Origin: Firmicutes bacterium UBA993
Lineage (GTDB): Bacteria > Bacillota > Dethiobacteria > DTU022
Assembly (NCBI GenBank): GCA_002292015.1
Contig: DBBD01000122.1
Location: forward strand, 1 to 47,226
DNA length: 47,226 bases
Direction of reading: 5' to 3'
Part shown: one piece after another, positions 26,600 through 33,509 of the stretch
Layout: the number at the start of each line of letters is the position of its first letter
Numbering within the stretch: position 1 is the first letter of the stretch
The notes under the pieces: generated by a model
Seen by the model: only the letters and a program-made list of their open reading frames with translations
Database searches by the model: none
What the model was told of the DNA's origin: nothing
Translations under genes and position numbers: made by a program

Positions 26600-28450
26600 A
26601 GGAAACCGCCGGCTAAGGGTTCAACCGAAAGCGGTACTTTTCCGCCCACGGTGCGACTGCCACTCTTATCAGGTGAAACGAACCTTAAAACTCACCATTG
26701 CGGTGCACTGACCACTGATCAGATTAACCTGAAAGTGAAGCTGGCCGGCTGGGTGGGGCGCCGCCGGGACCACGGGGGGCTCATCTTTATCGACCTGCGC
26801 GACCGCAGCGGTTTAATACAGCTCGTATTCGATCAGCGAAACGGTGAGAAGCTGTTTGCCCTCGCAGAAAGCCTGCGTTCCGAATATGTAGTGGCCGTAG
26901 AAGGGGACTTGGTCCGTCGTTCTGCGGAAAATATTAATCCTTCCCTGCCAACCGGCGAGATTGAAGTTCACGTTACCAAAATGGAGGTTTTGAACCGTTC
27001 CAAAACCCCGCCTTTCTATATTGAAGATGACCTAACCGTGGACGAAAACCTGCGCCTGCGCTACCGCTATCTAGATTTAAGGCGCCCGGAGATGTTTAAC
27101 CGCCTTAAACTGCGTCACCGGGCGGTTAAGCTGGTTCGCGACTACCTGGACAGCTACGACTTTCTGGAAGTGGAAACGCCGATGCTGACCCGCAGCACTC
27201 CCGAAGGGGCGAGGGACTTTCTGGTGCCCAGCCGTGTGCGTCCCGGTTCGTTCTACGCCCTGCCCCAGTCGCCCCAGTTATTTAAGCAGCTATTAATGGT
27301 CGGTGGGGTTGAACGCTATTTTCAGATTGTGCGCTGTTTCCGTGACGAAGACTTAAGGGCCGACCGCCAGCCGGAATTTACCCAGATTGATATTGAGACT
27401 TCATTTTTCGGCAGCGAAAACCTTTTTGCGATCCTGGAAGGTCTGATGGCACTGCTGTGGAAAGAGATCCTTGGAGTCGATCTCAAATTGCCATTCTTAA
27501 GAATGCCCTACCGGGAAGCGATGAATCGCTTCGGCTCCGATAAACCGGACCTGCGTTTTGCGATGGAACTGATTGATATCGAGCGGTTAGCCGCAAGGAG
27601 CAATTTTAAAGTATTCAATGCTGCATTAAGTGATGGTGGATCTGTAAAAGGCCTGTGCGTCCCTGGCGGCAGTAGCCTGAGCCGCAAGGATTTGGATGAC
27701 CTGACCTTGCTGTCCCGCCAGCTGGGGGCTAAGGGGCTGGCTTGGACCTTTATTGAAGATAAAGGGTGGCGTTCACCGATTGCTAAGTTTTTCTCCGCCG
27801 AAGTGATGGATGAGATCACTGAGGCGATGGGGGCCGTCCCCGGAGATGTTTTGCTTTTTGTAGCTGATCGTTGGGAGATTTGCTGCCAGGTTCTTGGCTA
27901 CCTGCGCCGCCACCTGGCCCCACAGGGCCTGGCAAAAGATCCCCATTTTCTGTGGATAATCGATTTTCCGCTCTTTCATTACAACGAAGAAGAGAAACGT
28001 TTCGATTCCGATCACCACCCATTTACGGCGCCGCGGGGTGAAGATCTCGTGTTCTTAGACAGCGATCCGCTTGCTGTCCGAGCCCAGGCCTACGACCTGG
28101 TCCTTGATGGTGTCGAGATTGGCGGCGGCAGCACCAGGATTCACGATCCGGAAACCCAGGGCCGGATATTCAAACTGCTCGGTTTTTCTGAGGAAGAGAG
28201 CCATAATAAATTCGGTTTTCTTCTGGAAGCGCTTTCCTTCGGCGCGCCGCCCCACGGAGGACTAGCTCTCGGCCTTGACCGCATAGTTGCACTCCTGGTT
28301 GGCGACGATTCGATCAGACAGGTTATCCCTTTCCCGAAGACTGCAGCAGCAGCCTGCCTAATGACCGGCGCTCCAGCCGTGGTCGATGAAAAACAGCTTA
28401 ATGAACTGAAGATTATGCTAAAAGTCGATGAAGGTGATGAAGAAGAGTAA
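25358..28450 (+). CDS. single ORF encoding histidyl-tRNA synthetase fused in frame to aspartyl-tRNA synthetase (about 1030 aa)
   Basis: There is no stop codon between the two complete synthetase modules. ATG 25358 lies behind AATGGAGG. The 45 codons upstream in the tracked ORF (from 25223) contain the promoter and are probably not translated. Confidence 0.8.
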   Translation: MKYKAPRGTRDILPDEAAKWQYLETKYRELCTLYGFGEIRTPLFEQTELFARSVGEDSDIVSKEMYSFKDRSGRELTLRPELTAPVARAYLEHNLGEKQQPIKLYYSGPMFRYDRPQAGRYRQFHQFGLEIFGAAHAAADCEIISFCYNFFKILNLSDMSIELNSVGCPVCRPAYREVLVPYLEKLEHNLCADCRRRYKTNPLRVLDCKEESCQGRVADAPKLIDRLCEGCSDHFSTLKILLKRLEIPFSLNDRLVRGLDYYTRTAFEITAGSLGAQASVCGGGRYDYLVEHLGGPPTPGVGVAFGKERILLTMDWEKELHYPGGKIFVATAGSGLEGDALQLAGELRHRHLAADTDLLERSLKAQMKYAGKLDFEKVVIIGENEMAEGLVVLRDMKSGEQLKMTRSELLSNLDRKPPAKGSTESGTFPPTVRLPLLSGETNLKTHHCGALTTDQINLKVKLAGWVGRRRDHGGLIFIDLRDRSGLIQLVFDQRNGEKLFALAESLRSEYVVAVEGDLVRRSAENINPSLPTGEIEVHVTKMEVLNRSKTPPFYIEDDLTVDENLRLRYRYLDLRRPEMFNRLKLRHRAVKLVRDYLDSYDFLEVETPMLTRSTPEGARDFLVPSRVRPGSFYALPQSPQLFKQLLMVGGVERYFQIVRCFRDEDLRADRQPEFTQIDIETSFFGSENLFAILEGLMALLWKEILGVDLKLPFLRMPYREAMNRFGSDKPDLRFAMELIDIERLAARSNFKVFNAALSDGGSVKGLCVPGGSSLSRKDLDDLTLLSRQLGAKGLAWTFIEDKGWRSPIAKFFSAEVMDEITEAMGAVPGDVLLFVADRWEICCQVLGYLRRHLAPQGLAKDPHFLWIIDFPLFHYNEEEKRFDSDHHPFTAPRGEDLVFLDSDPLAVRAQAYDLVLDGVEIGGGSTRIHDPETQGRIFKLLGFSEEESHNKFGFLLEALSFGAPPHGGLALGLDRIVALLVGDDSIRQVIPFPKTAAAACLMTGAPAVVDEKQLNELKIMLKVDEGDEEE
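26651..28450 (+). other. aspS: AspRS module of the fused ORF (bacterial type with a GAD insertion)
   Basis: It carries 'THHCGALT...LAGWVGRRRDHGGLIFIDLRD', 'LPQSPQLFKQLLM', 'FRDEDLRADRQPEFTQID', 'GGGSTRIH' and 'PPHGGLALGLDR'. The only in-frame canonical start near its N-terminus is GTG 26651, which has no RBS. Confidence 0.9.
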
Positions 28451-28458
28451 GTTATTTC

Positions 28459-28487
28459 TTGCACCTTTTAGGCTTATGTGTTATTAT
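28459..28487 (+). promoter_or_regulatory. candidate SigA-type promoter for the mgtE leader
   Basis: TTGCAC (28459-28464), 17-nt spacer, TATTAT (28482-28487), immediately after the aspS stop. Confidence 0.5.
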
Positions 28488-28493
28488 TTTTGT

Positions 28494-28756
28494 GGAAATA
28501 GTTAGTTTTTGACGAGCATGCCCTGCTGTGTTCGTGACAACCGATAAAGTTTTGAGCTAACACTTTATTTATGGGAACCCGGTCTTCTGCTGCAGCGCAG
28601 CAGCCTTTGTAAAGAGGACCTGCAAAGCAGCGGAGAGGGTACCCACCTATCGGGGAACAGTTCAAAACGACGGCCCACGGCATGGCGGGGTTTTTTGGTG
28701 CTTTTTTACCTGCACTCAATTAAAGCGCCTCAGTTTCCTTCTAGGGATTAGAGCGG
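28494..28756 (+). promoter_or_regulatory. long structured 5' leader of the mgtE tandem (candidate cis-regulatory RNA, class unresolved)
   Basis: This is about 265 nt of untranslated sequence. Helices I can pair by hand are nested: 28572-28580 with 28637-28645 (9 positions, 1 mismatch), 28581-28587 with 28614-28620 (7 bp), and an apical hairpin at 28588-28602 (6 bp, 3-nt loop). Two U-tracts follow at 28691-28696 and 28702-28707. Confidence 0.5.
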
Positions 28757-28765
28757 GTGGTGAGT

Positions 28766-30091
28766 ATGATGTCGGTAGAGCATATTTTCCTGCAAATTAG
28801 CCGGGAGTTGAAAGCCGGGACACACCCCGGCGATTTGCTCGATCTCTTGGCTGAACTTAATGTTGAGCAAAAAACGGCGCTAATGCAGCGTATGTCCGAG
28901 TCTGATGCCGCCCTTATTTTCCAAGAGATGGAGGATTTTGAGCAGGCTGAAATATTAAGGTTGCTGAGCGATGATCGGGCAAAGGCTATTTTAAGCGCTA
29001 TGCCTGCTGATGATGCAGTTGACCTGATCGGTGAGCTTACCCCAACTGAAGCGCAGGAGATACTTGAGCTGATCGGTGATGAGGATCAGGCCGATTACGG
29101 TGACTTACTGAAATATCCAGAAGACAGCGCCGGGGGTTTAATGACCACCGAGTATCTGGCGCTTCCTTCTGACATCCCGGTTGAAGAGGCGATTCAGCGC
29201 CTCAGGGAGATTGCTTCCGAGGCTGAGACTATTTACTATGTTTTTGTTGTGGATGAACAGGGGCGCCTGATCGGGGTGCTTTCGTTGCGTGATCTGATTG
29301 CTGCCAACGACGGCACTTTGCTAAAAAATATCATGCGGCGTAATGTGATCAGTGTTAACGCCACCTTAGACCAGGAGGAAGTCGCCCGCATTGTCTCTAA
29401 ATATGACCTGCTCGCTGTGCCGGTTGTTGACGATGATGATCGCCTGCTCGGCATTGTTACGGTTGATGATATTATTGACGTTCTGGAACAGGAAGCAACG
29501 GAAGATATTTACCGCTTTGCCGGCGCAATCGAGGTTGAGGGGATTGGCCTAACCGATGCTCCGGTGGTCAAGGTGGTAAAAATGCGCCTGCCTTGGCTGA
29601 TTATCGCCATGCTGGGCGGGATTCTATCAGGCAGCGTGATTGGAGTCTACCGCAGCACGTTGGAAACGATAGTGGTTCTTGCCGTTTTTATTCCGGTAAT
29701 CATGGGCATGGGTGGTAATGTAGGCACCCAATCGTCAACCATATTTGTCCGTGGTTTGGCGACAGGCGAGATCAATAAGGTTGATGTCTGGAGCTATTTT
29801 TTCCGTGAGATTCGCGTCGGTCTTTCGATGGGGATTATCTGTGGCGGCCTTATATCGCTTACTGCCTTTTTCTGGCAAGGCAACCCCTACCTCGGCTTTG
29901 TTGTCGGTTTGTCCATGCTTGCTACCATTTGCGTGGCTACCCTGATTGGAACCCTGGTTCCCTTGCTGTTAAACATGGCGCATATTGATCCGGCTATCAC
30001 TGCCGGACCATTTGTGACAACGATCAAAGACGTCACCGGGTTATTGATTTACTTTACCTTTGCTTCGTTTTTTATCAGCCGCCTCAGCTAG
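28766..30091 (+). CDS. mgtE: magnesium transporter MgtE, paralogue 1
   Basis: It has the N-domain 'PADDAVDLIGEL', a CBS pair, and the TM domain with 'GMGGNVGTQSST' and 'DPAITAGPFVTTIKDVTG'. The start is ATG 28766 or 28769; the latter aligns with the paralogue 2 N-terminus. The ORF track opens at GTG 28757. Confidence 0.92.
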   Translation: MMSVEHIFLQISRELKAGTHPGDLLDLLAELNVEQKTALMQRMSESDAALIFQEMEDFEQAEILRLLSDDRAKAILSAMPADDAVDLIGELTPTEAQEILELIGDEDQADYGDLLKYPEDSAGGLMTTEYLALPSDIPVEEAIQRLREIASEAETIYYVFVVDEQGRLIGVLSLRDLIAANDGTLLKNIMRRNVISVNATLDQEEVARIVSKYDLLAVPVVDDDDRLLGIVTVDDIIDVLEQEATEDIYRFAGAIEVEGIGLTDAPVVKVVKMRLPWLIIAMLGGILSGSVIGVYRSTLETIVVLAVFIPVIMGMGGNVGTQSSTIFVRGLATGEINKVDVWSYFFREIRVGLSMGIICGGLISLTAFFWQGNPYLGFVVGLSMLATICVATLIGTLVPLLLNMAHIDPAITAGPFVTTIKDVTGLLIYFTFASFFISRLS

Positions 30092-30124
30092 CACCTGACT
30101 GTTTTTAGGCCGGAGGTTATCGCG

Positions 30125-31447
30125 ATGACTGCCGAAAATGTCTATTTAATCATCAACCGTGAGCTGAAATCCGGTGCTCATCCCGGAGACCTCCTTGACT
30201 TATTTGAGGATTTAAGCCTATCAGAACGGATCGAAGTTCTGGAACGGCTGCCGGAGAATGATGCAGTTTTAATCTTTCAGGAAATGGAAGACTTTACACA
30301 GGCCGAGATTTTGAGGCTCTTAAGCGAAGAGAGGGCAAGGGTAATTCTCGGTACTATGCCTTCTGATGATGCTGCCGACCTGATTGGTGAACTTTCACCG
30401 GCTGAAGCCCAGATAATGCTTGAGCGGTTCGATGAGGATGATCAGCTGGATCTGGGTGATCTGCTCCGTTACCCGGAGGAGAGCGCCGGCGGTATTATGA
30501 CCACCGAGTATATTTCCCTGCCGGCCGATATATTTGTTGAAGAAGCGATTGCCAGGTTAAGAGAAATCGCTCCTGAGGCGGAGACAATTTATTATGTTTA
30601 TGTTGTAGATCACGAAGGCCGGCTGACCGGAGTTTTGTCGCTGCGGGATCTGATTGCTTCAGCAAATGGCACTTTACTAGAAGATGTTATGCGCAGTAAT
30701 GTGATCAGCGTGAATGCAGATCTCGACCAGGAAAAAGTAGCCAGGATTGTATCTAAGTATGACCTGCTAGCTGTCCCTGTAGTTGACGGCAGGCAAAGGC
30801 TGCTGGGCATTATTACGGTTGATGATATTATTGACGTCCTGGAACAGGAAGCAACGGAAGATATTTACCGCTTTGCCGGAGCGGGTGAAATTGAGGGTGT
30901 AGAACTAACCGGGGCCACGGTCACTAAAATCGTGCGTATGCGTCTGCCATGGCTGCTGATCAGTATGCTCGGCGGAGTGATCTCGGGCAGCGTGATTGGG
31001 GTTTTTGAGCATACCCTGGAAGCAATCGTGATGCTGGCTGTATTTATACCAATGATCATGGACATGGGAGGTAATGTTGGGACTCAGTCATCGACAATTT
31101 ATGTGCGCGGATTGGCTACAGGTGAAATTGAAAGAAGCGAGGAGCGGTCTTACTTCTTCAGGGAAATTAAAATAGGCGCAGTAATGGGAGCAATCTGCGG
31201 AGTGATGATTTCCGTCATTACTCTGCTTTGGCAGGGAAACCCCTACCTCGGCCTGGTAGTAGGCATTTCGATGTTTTCTACGATCTGTGTCGCTGCGGTT
31301 CTCGGTACCGTCATACCCATGTTCTTTAACCTGGTCAGGATTGACCCGGCCATTACAGCTGGTCCCTTTGTGACGACATTTAAAGATATTACCGGATTGC
31401 TGATTTATTTTACAATTGCCTCTGCGTTTCTTGAACACTTACGCTGA
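30125..31447 (+). CDS. mgtE: magnesium transporter MgtE, paralogue 2
   Basis: 440 aa with the same architecture and motifs ('PSDDAADLIGEL', 'DMGGNVGTQSST', 'DPAITAGPFVTTFKDITG'). It is collinear with paralogue 1 over its full length. Confidence 0.92.
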   Translation: MTAENVYLIINRELKSGAHPGDLLDLFEDLSLSERIEVLERLPENDAVLIFQEMEDFTQAEILRLLSEERARVILGTMPSDDAADLIGELSPAEAQIMLERFDEDDQLDLGDLLRYPEESAGGIMTTEYISLPADIFVEEAIARLREIAPEAETIYYVYVVDHEGRLTGVLSLRDLIASANGTLLEDVMRSNVISVNADLDQEKVARIVSKYDLLAVPVVDGRQRLLGIITVDDIIDVLEQEATEDIYRFAGAGEIEGVELTGATVTKIVRMRLPWLLISMLGGVISGSVIGVFEHTLEAIVMLAVFIPMIMDMGGNVGTQSSTIYVRGLATGEIERSEERSYFFREIKIGAVMGAICGVMISVITLLWQGNPYLGLVVGISMFSTICVAAVLGTVIPMFFNLVRIDPAITAGPFVTTFKDITGLLIYFTIASAFLEHLR

Positions 31448-31555
31448 TTTTTCCGATCCGGGCTTGGTGGATACTGCAGGGCCTGAAAAGACCGATAAAC
31501 AGGGCTTTTTAGAAACCGGCAGCTAATTTTATAGTGGTAATATGTGTAATATATA

Positions 31556-31590
31556 AGAGGAAAATAGATACAATTTCCTCTATTTTTTAT
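31556..31590 (+). terminator. candidate intrinsic terminator after mgtE paralogue 2
   Basis: An 8-bp stem AGAGGAAA (31556-31563) / TTTCCTCT (31574-31581) with a 10-nt loop is followed by ATTTTTTATATTTTTTTT. The stem is AT-rich and therefore only moderately stable. Confidence 0.55.
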
Positions 31591-31629
31591 ATTTTTTTTG
31601 CTTTTTTGCAGAAAAATGGGGAATAGGGG

Positions 31630-31658
31630 TTGAAAAATGGAGTAAAGTGGTGTAAAGT
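31630..31658 (+). promoter_or_regulatory. candidate SigA-type promoter of the dcw cluster (Pmra)
   Basis: TTGAAA (31630-31635), 17-nt spacer, TAAAGT (31653-31658), about 40 nt upstream of the mraZ ATG. Confidence 0.5.
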
Positions 31659-31672
31659 GGTGAAAAGTAGTT
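31637..31672 (+). promoter_or_regulatory. array of 10-bp-phased direct repeats, the likely MraZ operator
   Basis: ATGGAG-taaa-GTGGTG-taaa-GTGGTG-aaaa-GTAGTT gives four hexamers at exact 10-bp spacing overlapping the -10 region. MraZ is known to bind phased GTG(G)-type direct repeats in its own promoter. Confidence 0.6.
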
Positions 31673-31699
31673 GAGGTCGCTTCAAACGGGGGCGAACAT

Positions 31700-32134
31700 A
31701 TGTTTATCGGCGAATTCCAGCATGTGCTGGATGGCAAGGGTAGGGTAATTATCCCCTCGCGGTTGCGCGAAGGCCTGGGCGAGCGTTTTGTTTTAACCCG
31801 CGGCATTGATCCTTGCGTCGCCGTTTACCCGTTAGACGAATGGAGCCGCACAGAAGAGAAACTGATCAATAATCCGATGACCAAAAAAGATCTACGGGCT
31901 CTGAACCGGATCATGTTTTCCGGAGCGATGGAGGTTGAGCTTGATAAGCAAGGCCGGACATTAATCCCCCAGTATTTGCGGGAGCATGCTAATATCGATA
32001 AAAACGTAATGATCCTGGGTGTTGGAGATCGCGTTGAGATTTGGGACGAAGATTCCTGGAAGAAGTATTATGAAAATGTAAGCGATACTCTCTCTGCGAT
32101 GCTGGAAAACCTGGATGTGGCCCATGGCCGCTAA
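31700..32134 (+). CDS. mraZ: transcriptional regulator MraZ
   Basis: 144 aa with duplicated SpoVT/AbrB-like halves carrying 'DGKGRVIIPSRLRE' and 'DKQGRTLIPQYLRE'. Confidence 0.93.
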   Translation: MFIGEFQHVLDGKGRVIIPSRLREGLGERFVLTRGIDPCVAVYPLDEWSRTEEKLINNPMTKKDLRALNRIMFSGAMEVELDKQGRTLIPQYLREHANIDKNVMILGVGDRVEIWDEDSWKKYYENVSDTLSAMLENLDVAHGR

Positions 32135-32148
32135 GGCGGTATAGTGTA

Positions 32149-33096
32149 ATGGTTGAGCTTCATCGGCCGGTAATGGAGAAGGAAGTTACAGAGCACTTGG
32201 TATGGTGTTCCGCGGGGGTTTATGTTGATGCTACTGTAGGTGACGGAGGGCACGCCGAGGCAATTCTTAATCGCCTCGCACCAGGGGGCAGGCTGATTGG
32301 TCTGGATTGGGATCGGGAAGCCCTCACACGGGCAGAGAAAAGGCTTAATCGTTTTGGAAGCCGGGTGATCCTAATTCATGACAGCTATACAAACCTGGAA
32401 GAGGTTTTAACGAACTTAAAAATTGTTGCGGTTGAAGGGATTTTGATTGATCTTGGCGCCTCAACTTTGCAGCTGATGGATCCTAATCGTGGTTTCTCAT
32501 ATCACCAGGAGGGTGATCTGGATATGCGCATGGATCGCCGCAGCTCTTTGACAGCCAGAGAGGTTATCAACTGTTATCCCGAAGAGCAGCTTGCGGAGAT
32601 CTTCTACCGCTTCGGTGAAGAGCGCTGGTCGAAAAAAATTGCCGCTCTCATCGTGCGGGAAAGAGAACAGGGTAAACCGATCGATGACAGCAAAGCTTTG
32701 GCTGAGTTGGTTAAATTGGCCATACCGGCCCGTTTCCGCCGGCACGGCGGCCACCCTTCGCGGAAAGTTTTTCAGGCATTACGGTTGACCGTGAACCGGG
32801 AGCTGGATAACATATCAACTTTCATGCCGCAGTCTTTAAAAATGTTGTCGCCGGGGGGCAGGATCGTAGTTATTGCTTACCACTCCCTGGAGGACCGTCT
32901 GGTTAAAAATTTCCTGCGTGAAAATGCCGGGCGGTGCAGCTGTCCGCTGCATTTGCCCTGTGTTTGCGGACAGAAAGGGAAGCTGAAAATTATAACCGGC
33001 AAAGCGCTGAAGCCTTTACCGACCGAAATTGAAGAAAACCCCCGGGCCCGCAGTGCCCGGATCAGGGTAGCTGAAAAACTTAAACCAGTAGACTGA
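32149..33096 (+). CDS. rsmH: 16S rRNA (cytosine1402-N4)-methyltransferase
   Basis: 315 aa. It carries 'HRPVM', 'YVDATVGDGGHAE', 'DLGASTLQL', 'SYHSLEDR'-like 'AYHSLEDRLVKNF' and 'ENPRARSARIRVAEK'. Confidence 0.93.
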   Translation: MVELHRPVMEKEVTEHLVWCSAGVYVDATVGDGGHAEAILNRLAPGGRLIGLDWDREALTRAEKRLNRFGSRVILIHDSYTNLEEVLTNLKIVAVEGILIDLGASTLQLMDPNRGFSYHQEGDLDMRMDRRSSLTAREVINCYPEEQLAEIFYRFGEERWSKKIAALIVREREQGKPIDDSKALAELVKLAIPARFRRHGGHPSRKVFQALRLTVNRELDNISTFMPQSLKMLSPGGRIVVIAYHSLEDRLVKNFLRENAGRCSCPLHLPCVCGQKGKLKIITGKALKPLPTEIEENPRARSARIRVAEKLKPVD

Positions 33097-33119
33097 TGGA
33101 TAGAGAGTAGGTGTAACGG

Positions 33120-33509
33120 ATGCAAACAGCAAGGCAACTGGTCCCTCAGCACTCACGGGGTATGCAAAACCGGCCGTACCGGTTTCCGGCATATCAGCAA
33201 GACCCGCAAAGACGGGTCAAAAAGGTTACGGCCATAGCGCTTTTTCTGGCCAGTTTTATGCTTAGCCTGGTAGTTGTTGCCCAGTATTCATCGCTGGTCA
33301 TCGCTAATTACCAGCTCAGCAGGGCACAAAGAGAACTTGCTGTGGTCAAAAACAGTGTCAGTCAGCTTGAACTTAAGGTGGCTAAAAACAGCTCGATAGT
33401 GGTAATTGAAGAGATTGCCCGGACAGAACTAGGCATGGGTGAGCCTGAACTTAAGCAAATAAAGGTTATTTCCGCCGGTCGGGTTTTTGCGACCGGCGTG
33501 GGAGAGTGA
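33120..33509 (+). CDS. ftsL: cell division protein FtsL
   Basis: 129 aa. It has a single TM segment ('VTAIALFLASFMLSLVVVAQ') followed by a coiled-coil and 'IEEIARTELGMGEP'. The canonical position after rsmH supports the call. Confidence 0.8.
   Translation: MQTARQLVPQHSRGMQNRPYRFPAYQQDPQRRVKKVTAIALFLASFMLSLVVVAQYSSLVIANYQLSRAQRELAVVKNSVSQLELKVAKNSSIVVIEEIARTELGMGEPELKQIKVISAGRVFATGVGE

Noticed and set aside
28630-28655. The string GGGTACCCACC in the mgtE leader, whose reverse complement (GGTGGGTACCC) resembles a T-box core.
   Set aside because: The resemblance is on the wrong strand relative to any downstream gene and is an imperfect match. The palindrome is better explained as one arm of the leader helix.
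28474-28719. An 81-aa minus-strand ORF inside the mgtE leader region.
   Set aside because: It has no RBS and an odd Cys/Ala/Pro-rich composition, and it is antisense to a region with a clear promoter and RNA structure. It is most likely spurious.
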